From a virus (Duplodnaviria > Caudoviricetes), in IMG/VR virus record IMGVR_UViG_3300048856_000125, positions 1 to 42,725 of that record: a DNA stretch of 42,725 nucleotides. One strand, given 5' to 3'. Below are positions 36,932-42,725 of the stretch, in pieces. The notes beneath the pieces are model-generated. The model was given only the letters and a program-made list of their open reading frames with translations. It did no database searches and was not told where the DNA came from. A program made the position numbers and the translations under genes. The first letter of the stretch is position 1. Each line of letters opens with the position of its first letter.

Positions 36932-37220
36932 CAAGGCTGTAGACGCTGGATCGCCCCGGCTGCCGGCGCACCCTCACCCACTCCTCGTCCTCAAGCTCTT
37001 TCAGTGCCCTGGCAACATGCCGGGTAGATATGCCGAGCGCTTTACCGATCGTGTTCATTGCCGGATAGCAATAAGGCTTCTTCGCGCTCAGCCGCAGCGC
37101 CAGATGGAAGCCGACGAGCTTGGCGTTTCTGCTAACAAACTCATTCGCGACAAGCATCCTCATCCACGCATCTCTGCGCTTCAGCCACCGGCCTGTTTCC
37201 AACTTAACTTGCTGATCCAT
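36924..37220 (-). CDS. Winged-HTH protein (replication-initiator-type HTH_36)
   Basis: AKLVG..L......CYPAMNTIGKALGISTRHVARALKELEDEEWV.....G....Y.L. Confidence 0.8.
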   Translation of the reverse strand: MDQQVKLETGRWLKRRDAWMRMLVANEFVSRNAKLVGFHLALRLSAKKPYCYPAMNTIGKALGISTRHVARALKELEDEEWVRVRRQPGRSSVYSLDL

Positions 37221-37238
37221 GCCACAGGCATAAACCTC

Positions 37239-37315
37239 CGTATCGGAAACCGCAACAGATTTGTATCGATTTTCGCTACAGTACTCTTGCGCGTGATTTC
37301 GATTTTCGATACAAC
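37239..37315. promoter_or_regulatory. OL-like operator triplet with PL-like promoter
   Basis: 19-mers at 37239, 37262 and 37295 matching the OR consensus; TTGCGC-N17-TACAAC at 37287-37315. Confidence 0.8.
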
Positions 37316-37409
37316 ATCCTCATTAGCCGCCCCGAACACCTCGCAAGAGAAGCTCCGACGGGACGGCGCCAGCGGGCCGAGTACCCGCGCAGAGTTGAGG
37401 ATGGGGAAA

Positions 37410-37631
37410 ATGGCATTCGTTACGCGCTACCACATCACTGACGATCAGGGCCGCATGTGGAACGGCGAAGACTTCTCCTGGGATCGAGACATGGCGGATG
37501 AATACCGCGAGCTCGACGAGGCAGAAGAGGATGCGGCCAAACTCGGCGGCTTCGTCGAGGAATTCACCCGCGCCAATCGCTTCGGCGACCTTCCCCGCCT
37601 TGCGAACCAATTCCAGATCGCGGCGGAGTGA
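37410..37631 (+). CDS. Acidic hypothetical protein, first gene of the PL-like operon
   Basis: MAFVTRYHITDDQG...; RBS present; alternative start at 37401. Confidence 0.7.
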   Translation: MAFVTRYHITDDQGRMWNGEDFSWDRDMADEYRELDEAEEDAAKLGGFVEEFTRANRFGDLPRLANQFQIAAE

Positions 37632-37852
37632 CGGCAATGAAGCAGCCCGAAATGACCACGGCCGCTATGCAGGCCCACGAAATCGGCAGGCAGTTCGAAG
37701 CTGCACGCCTTTTCGCAGACAAGCACGACGATGCTCTGGCTTGGGACGTGAAATACCACGAGGCAGCAGCCCGCCAGACGTTTGAAAGCCTTGCCGATCT
37801 TCTCGGATACCGCGTCGAGCGCATCGAGCTGGTACAGAGGGCCTCGTTATGA
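37628..37852 (+). CDS. Hypothetical protein
   Basis: Coupled to neighbours. Confidence 0.65.
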   Translation: MTAMKQPEMTTAAMQAHEIGRQFEAARLFADKHDDALAWDVKYHEAAARQTFESLADLLGYRVERIELVQRASL

Positions 37853-37983
37853 GCAAGCACACTCCCGGCCCTTGGACTTTCCGCACCGGCGCCCGCATCG
37901 CCTTCTCATTCCTCGCCTTCGGGCTTCCAGAACAGCAGCGGCTCGACCGCGAAAATCAGGAGATTGTCTATCATGGCCGTTGA
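37849..37983 (+). CDS. 44-aa mini-ORF starting MSKHTPGPW (possible in-frame deletion chimera; not in the ORF track)
   Basis: ATGA-coupled start; common phage N-terminal HTPGPW motif; stop overlaps the next gene. Confidence 0.55.
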   Translation: MSKHTPGPWTFRTGARIAFSFLAFGLPEQQRLDRENQEIVYHGR

Positions 37984-39046
37984 AGCCCAGCAGCTCGCAA
38001 CGATCGTCGACCCTGCCATCATTGAACGTTGGGAATGGTGGCGCACGGCGCTGAAGAAGCCGTCGACGATCGGCTCGAACGATCTTCCGGTTCACCCGAA
38101 CGAATACCAGCTCGGATACTACCGCACCCGCCGCAAGGATGGCGATTGGGAGCCGGTGGGCATCTACCCCGACGAGGATGGCAGGGTGCTCGGCTTCCGC
38201 AATGGAAAGCCTGTCGACGACCTGGTGAACCTCTTTCAGTGGTCGTGCCGGGATCCAATCGAGTATCAGGCCTATGTCGACGCGTTGGATGGCAAGGGCT
38301 GGGCTGATGAGCCTGCTCGCGGAACGATCGGCCATAACCTGCCCGACGATGCCGATCCCTTCGACGCCTTGAACCTTGAGTTCCTTGGCGAAAAGGAACA
38401 GGCGGAAGCCTTCCTCAAGGAGAAAGTCACCACCCAGGCACAAGCCGATAAGGTTGGCATCTGGGCGAAGCGCCTCACCTCGATCAAGTCGAAGGCCGAA
38501 GGGCTTCATAAGGTCGAAAAGCAGCCGCATCTCGACGCCGGCCGCGCCGTCGACAACAAGTGGCGGGAACTCAAGGAAGAGCCCGACGCCCTAGCCAAGA
38601 AGCTCAAGGCGCACATTCAGCCGTTCCTTTCGGCCAAGCTTCGCGAGGAGCAGGAACGCGCGCGGAAGGCAGCAGAGGAAGCCGAGCGCCTCCGCCGGGA
38701 AGCAGCAGCAGCCGGCGCCGAGGCCGCTAAGGCCAAGTCAGAAGAGCAATCAGTCGAGGAGTTCAACAAGGCGCAGGAACAGCGTGCCGAGCTCCTCCGC
38801 CAGGCGCAGGAGGCAGAAAAGGCCGCTGAAGTCCGTAATGCAACCGCCGGCCGAACCGGCTCGCGTGTCGGTATCCGGACTGAAAAGGTGGGCCTCGTCA
38901 CCGACTACCAGAAGGCCGCAGCGGCTCTCGTGACCATGCGGAACAAGGACATCATCGAAATCATCGACAAGCTTGCACAGCGGGCCGCTAAGGCCGGCAT
39001 GCCCTTCGACGGCATGGAAGTGCGCGAAGAGGAGAAGGTCGTCTAA
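37973..39046 (+). CDS. Hypothetical coiled-coil protein of the recombination module
   Basis: 357 aa; IGHN and EKQPHLDAGRAVD motifs; upstream of bet. Confidence 0.8.
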   Translation: MAVEAQQLATIVDPAIIERWEWWRTALKKPSTIGSNDLPVHPNEYQLGYYRTRRKDGDWEPVGIYPDEDGRVLGFRNGKPVDDLVNLFQWSCRDPIEYQAYVDALDGKGWADEPARGTIGHNLPDDADPFDALNLEFLGEKEQAEAFLKEKVTTQAQADKVGIWAKRLTSIKSKAEGLHKVEKQPHLDAGRAVDNKWRELKEEPDALAKKLKAHIQPFLSAKLREEQERARKAAEEAERLRREAAAAGAEAAKAKSEEQSVEEFNKAQEQRAELLRQAQEAEKAAEVRNATAGRTGSRVGIRTEKVGLVTDYQKAAAALVTMRNKDIIEIIDKLAQRAAKAGMPFDGMEVREEEKVV

Positions 39047-39909
39047 TGAACGCGATCGCAAAGACCGAAGCCGCCCCGCGTCAGTCGCTCATCGCGACGA
39101 TGGCTGCCAAGTTCAACATGGAGCCGAAGGCCTTTGAGGCAACTGTACGCTCCACCGTTATGCCGGCGAACCACACCAATGAGCAGTTTGCGGCTCTGAT
39201 GATGGTAGCCAAGGAGTACGACCTCAACCCGCTGCTGAAGGAAATCTATGCCTTCCCAGCTAAGGGCGGCGGCATTGTGCCGATCGTGTCAATCGACGGT
39301 TGGGTTAACCTCGTCAACTCGCACCCAGCTTGCGATGGCTTCGAGTTCGAATTCGAGCATGCAGAGGATGGAACGCTCATCTCCTGCACCTGCCGGATGT
39401 TTCGTAAGGATCGCGGCAGGCCGGTGACCGTCACCGAATACCTCGTCGAATGCATTCGCAATACCGATCCGTGGAAGATGAAGCACCGGATGCTTCGGCA
39501 CAAGGCGATGATCCAGGCAGCGCGCTATGCATTCGGCTTTTCTGGCATCTACGATGAGGATGAAGGATCCAAAATCGCGGAGATGAAGGACGTCACGCCT
39601 CCGAAGCCGCCGGCACCTCCTGCCCCACCGGCTCCTCCGAGCGAAGCCGCGCCCGAGCCCGCCACATCGAACGAACCTGAGAACGTCATTGAGGGCGAGA
39701 TCGTCGAGACCGCCGGTGGCGAAGAGGACTTCAATCCCACTGAGTTCTTCGAGGCCCTGGAAGCAGAAATGGCTCAGGCGAACACCATGGAAGATGTGGA
39801 GGAGGTTTGGACCGCTCGCGATCCACTCGCCGTCTTTGATGGTGACGACCAGAACCAAGCCATTGCGAAGGCGATCAAGAACCGTCGCCTGAAGGAAATC
39901 GGAGGCTGA
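39046..39909 (+). CDS. bet: Red-beta / Bet single-strand annealing protein
   Basis: YDLNPLLKEIYAFP, IVSIDGW and PW...RMLRHKAMIQAARYAFGFSGIYDEDE motifs. Confidence 0.93.
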   Translation: MNAIAKTEAAPRQSLIATMAAKFNMEPKAFEATVRSTVMPANHTNEQFAALMMVAKEYDLNPLLKEIYAFPAKGGGIVPIVSIDGWVNLVNSHPACDGFEFEFEHAEDGTLISCTCRMFRKDRGRPVTVTEYLVECIRNTDPWKMKHRMLRHKAMIQAARYAFGFSGIYDEDEGSKIAEMKDVTPPKPPAPPAPPAPPSEAAPEPATSNEPENVIEGEIVETAGGEEDFNPTEFFEALEAEMAQANTMEDVEEVWTARDPLAVFDGDDQNQAIAKAIKNRRLKEIGG

Positions 39910-39910
39910 T

Positions 39911-40741
39911 ATGTCGAAGGGCGATTTCCCCGCACTCCGCATGGTAGTTGATGGAGGCCGGCTCACCCCGGCCACCCCGTTCGACGCCGAGCGCTTGAAC
40001 AGCTACCGCCGCGGCACCGTCGTGTTCTGCAAGTTCACCGAAGAGAGAGACCGCGTTCTCGTCCGCAAGTGGTTTGCCGTTCTTGGGCTTGTCATCAAGC
40101 AGTGCGACACTCCATGGAAGAACAAGGAAGAGGCCCACGAGGCCATCAAGCTCGCACTCGGCATCGTGAACCTGTCTAAGACAGTGAGCGGCCAGTGGAT
40201 GCAATATCCGAAGAGCCTGACCGAGCTTGCCGATCCAGAATTGCAGGAAGCGCTCGAGCAGATGATCGAGTTGCTCAGCCGTATGACAGGCGTTGACGTC
40301 GAGACGCTCCGGAAGGAAGCCGCCGATGTCGGCCGTGAAATCGAACAACCCAATTCCGACGAGCAGTCCCCTCCCTCGTCGGATACCGTCGAAGATGTTT
40401 CCCCGTCTTCGACCGCAGCGGGCGAGAAAGCTGATCCCCCTCCGTCCTCGCCCGCTGCCACCCTTTCCGACGCCCATTGGCTGAATATCGCCGCACGGAT
40501 GCTCTGGGCAGCGACGCACGTCACCGGCGACACCGACACCGACCTGCAGGTCCTCAACAACCAGAGGCTCGCTGTGGGCGATCTGGATGCGAACCCGTCA
40601 CAGCCTGCCAAGGACAAGGCCGGCTCGATCTATCGCCAGTGCAAGGCCGTGGTCATGTCAGAGGTTGAACGGCCGATCGCACTCAAGTTCATCGCGAACA
40701 TGGCCGGCATGGAAAAGAAGGATTTGGAGGTGTCAGCATGA
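39911..40741 (+). CDS. Hypothetical protein of the recombination module
   Basis: 276 aa; GGAGG RBS. Confidence 0.75.
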   Translation: MSKGDFPALRMVVDGGRLTPATPFDAERLNSYRRGTVVFCKFTEERDRVLVRKWFAVLGLVIKQCDTPWKNKEEAHEAIKLALGIVNLSKTVSGQWMQYPKSLTELADPELQEALEQMIELLSRMTGVDVETLRKEAADVGREIEQPNSDEQSPPSSDTVEDVSPSSTAAGEKADPPPSSPAATLSDAHWLNIAARMLWAATHVTGDTDTDLQVLNNQRLAVGDLDANPSQPAKDKAGSIYRQCKAVVMSEVERPIALKFIANMAGMEKKDLEVSA

Positions 40742-40971
40742 GCCGCTTTGAAGACACTATGTCCCAGAGCCGCTCGATGGCAGCCGTCAACATGATGCGG
40801 GATACGGATAAGTTCGTCCGCCGGCTCTACCAGTCGCGCCAGCCGCTCGGCACCGCCAGCGAAGCGTTGGAGCGGCACATGCTCGCGGAAGGGCTCGTCT
40901 ACCGGAAGGAAGGGCCGTTGCTCCGCCTAACGCCGAAGGGCAAGGAACACGCGCGGGAGATCGGAGCATGA
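40738..40971 (+). CDS. Small hypothetical protein (winged-helix-like)
   Basis: ATGA-coupled; LRLTPKG wing motif. Confidence 0.65.
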   Translation: MSRFEDTMSQSRSMAAVNMMRDTDKFVRRLYQSRQPLGTASEALERHMLAEGLVYRKEGPLLRLTPKGKEHAREIGA

Positions 40972-41363
40972 GCCGTTCCGTTCCAGAGTGGCGCGGCAAG
41001 ACCGACGACGCCAAAATCCCCGATCGCGTCAAGGTCCGGATTCTCGAACGCGAGAACTTCACCTGCTACCTCACTGGCCAGAAGATCGACCCTCTGCGGG
41101 ATGAATTCGACTTTGATCACAAGGTGGCTCTGATCCTTGGCGGAGAGCACCGAGAGTTCAACCTGTTCCCTGCTCTTCGATCTGCCCACCGCAAGAAAAC
41201 GGCCGTCGAGATGGGCGTAAAATCCAAGATCGCTCGGGTGAAGAAAAAGCATCTGCTCGGCAGGCCGAAGTCCTCACTCTCTCATCCGAAGCTGAAGCGC
41301 CTGATGGATGGCACAGTCGTGAACCGTGACACGGGCGAAATCATAGGAGGCCGCAGGCCATGA
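40968..41363 (+). CDS. HNH endonuclease
   Basis: FDHKVALILGGEHREFNL......H..KT. Confidence 0.8.
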   Translation: MSRSVPEWRGKTDDAKIPDRVKVRILERENFTCYLTGQKIDPLRDEFDFDHKVALILGGEHREFNLFPALRSAHRKKTAVEMGVKSKIARVKKKHLLGRPKSSLSHPKLKRLMDGTVVNRDTGEIIGGRRP

Positions 41364-41698
41364 CCACTACCGCTATTGCAGTGACGGATGAGATGGTGGA
41401 GGCAGCGCAGACTGAGTTTACCAAATTCGGGTACACTGCCTCAAACGAGAAGGCCCTTCGCCACGCCCTCTCCGCCGCCCTACAGGTAGCAGAGAAGGCA
41501 GAGGCCCCACCGCCCCAGACACATTTGGCGGGGAGAGGCGATACCTCCATCCTCCGCGAGCGTATCTCGCGAGCCATCTTCGATCCTGGACAGACTGGAT
41601 ATAAGGACGACCGGACCCTTACGGACTGGCAAACAGATGCCGTCATGCGCGTTCTTGGGTTTCCCGCCCTCGCCACCACGGAGGGCTCGGCAAAATGA
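41360..41698 (+). CDS. Hypothetical phage protein
   Basis: VTDEMVEAA motif; coupled at both ends. Confidence 0.65.
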   Translation: MTTTAIAVTDEMVEAAQTEFTKFGYTASNEKALRHALSAALQVAEKAEAPPPQTHLAGRGDTSILRERISRAIFDPGQTGYKDDRTLTDWQTDAVMRVLGFPALATTEGSAK

Positions 41699-41703
41699 GC
41701 AAC

Positions 41704-42012
41704 TTAAGCCGTACCCCCAGCACTCCCCTGGCCGCCTTCATCGACCCATCGGTCGAGGGCTCCCATTCGCACCTGGGCAGGAGTATCACCTCCTTCCTCA
41801 GCACCTTTCCCTCGTGCATTGAGGGCGGCGATGAGGTCACTTTCAGAGTCTTTCCCGTTTCGGAACAACCTCATGAGAAACGTTGCCGCTTCCTCTGTCT
41901 CGCTGTCACCTACCTGAGATGCAGGACCATAGTAGCCTGCTCGCTCGAGCACGCGCTCCAGCATATCGATGTCGGCTATTTCGAGATATTCGTGAACAAT
42001 GTTGGAAGACAT
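41704..42012 (-). CDS. Antisense moron, hypothetical with an ALDRWVDEGG motif
   Basis: AGGAGGA RBS; 102 aa. Confidence 0.75.
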   Translation of the reverse strand: MSSNIVHEYLEIADIDMLERVLERAGYYGPASQVGDSETEEAATFLMRLFRNGKDSESDLIAALNARGKGAEEGGDTPAQVRMGALDRWVDEGGQGSAGGTA

Positions 42013-42138
42013 GATCGTCCTCCTTTCGTTGGGGCGAAGGCATTTAGCCCTTACGCGATGGCGCCCGCTTCAAATGCCATCGACAGTTTGACTGTGCGCC
42101 TTAAGCTACCACTAAGCAAGATGTATTACGGGCTCCAG

Positions 42139-42291
42139 CTAACGCCTGGCTGGCTCCCCTTCGCTAGGTTCAGTCGCCGACTTGTTGGCCGCCCTATCAC
42201 CCGGATGGTCCTTGTCCTTTCCCGGGTTTTCATAGGGCTTCTGAACAGGCTTATTTTCGTCCTGCCGCTCTTGGTTCTGATTGTCTGGCAT
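42139..42291 (-). CDS. Antisense moron, 50-aa hydrophilic protein
   Basis: GAGGAGG RBS; MPDNQNQERQDENKPVQKPYENPGKDKDHPGD... Confidence 0.7.
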   Translation of the reverse strand: MPDNQNQERQDENKPVQKPYENPGKDKDHPGDRAANKSATEPSEGEPARR

Positions 42292-42327
42292 GTACTGCCT
42301 CCTCGCCGCGGAGTGCGACATAGAGCC

Positions 42328-42352
42328 AACACGCGAGACATCGGATCGTTCC
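42328..42352 (-). promoter_or_regulatory. Putative sigma-EcfG/RpoE2 promoter
   Basis: Minus strand GGAAC-N16-TGTT. Confidence 0.65.
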
Positions 42353-42440
42353 GCGATTACCATGCGCCCCAACCGAGGGAGGTGGGTAGCGCCGCTGTGG
42401 ACAATACCGCCGCGGATAGTGGGGAAAGCGGTGGAAGCCG

Positions 42441-42725
42441 ATGAGCATCAGACGGCCATCAATAATTCCATCAGGCAGTTGGCCGCCTCGCATGATGGCC
42501 GACCTGGCTGCCGCCTATTGCGGGGAGAGGCATGTGGAAGACTTCCTCGAGCGGGTTGGCTCAACGTATCCGCTGCCGCGGGTGATTGACACAACCCGTC
42601 GAAAGTTTTGGTATCGGGACGATCTGGACCGCGCGATGAATATCGGCGGGACAGAGCGTCCCTCGGGAATGGGAGCAGCCTTCCGTGACAAGGTCAGGGA
42701 AAAGCGGAACGGTAGAATTGCCTAA
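42441..42725 (+). CDS. Excisionase-like protein
   Basis: WPPRM.ADLAAAYCGE...YP.P.......WYRDDLD; last gene of the PL-like operon. Confidence 0.7.
   Translation: MSIRRPSIIPSGSWPPRMMADLAAAYCGERHVEDFLERVGSTYPLPRVIDTTRRKFWYRDDLDRAMNIGGTERPSGMGAAFRDKVREKRNGRIA

Larger units (their letters stand above)
41695..42444 (+). other. Bridge ORF F (249 aa) spanning two antisense morons
   Basis: ATGA overlaps at 41695-41698 and 42441-42444; 750 nt without a stop. Confidence 0.6.
1..42725. mobile_element. Lambda-like temperate siphovirus prophage (ends lie outside the window)
   Basis: Ordered tail, neck, head, terminase, late-control, replication, cro/cI, recombination and excisionase modules. Confidence 0.95.

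Noticed and set aside
42700-42725. Integrase start or att site
   Set aside because: The window ends at the excisionase stop, so this cannot be assessed

Overview
The whole window is the body of a lambda-like temperate (pro)phage with a non-contractile tail, most likely from a Rhizobiaceae host (inferred from the BA14K, DUF982 and other gene content). The minus strand carries the tail, neck, head and terminase genes (1-21.3 kb) and the cro-led early/replication operon (24.4-35.0 kb). The plus strand carries cI and the recombination/excision operon (35.1-42.7 kb). Integrase, att sites and lysis genes are not in the window. Two sets of three 19-bp operators flank the immunity region. The prophage carries many accessory genes (morons): HicAB, BrnTA, BA14K, an acyl carrier protein, three DUF982 proteins, DUF378, an SRA-HNH nuclease, several unlisted 30-50 aa proteins and a decayed tRNA-Met. 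Many have GGAAC-N16/17-xxTT (sigma-EcfG/RpoE2-type) promoters. The most striking pattern is in the two early operons: all six antisense moron cassettes there lie inside a stop-free, codon-aligned, phage-sense ORF whose start and stop overlap those of the flanking phage genes, so translational coupling is preserved across each insertion. Also notable are a portal protein fused to an Acb1-like 2H phosphoesterase and a -1 frameshift in the tail chaperone. All family assignments are by motif recognition, not database search.
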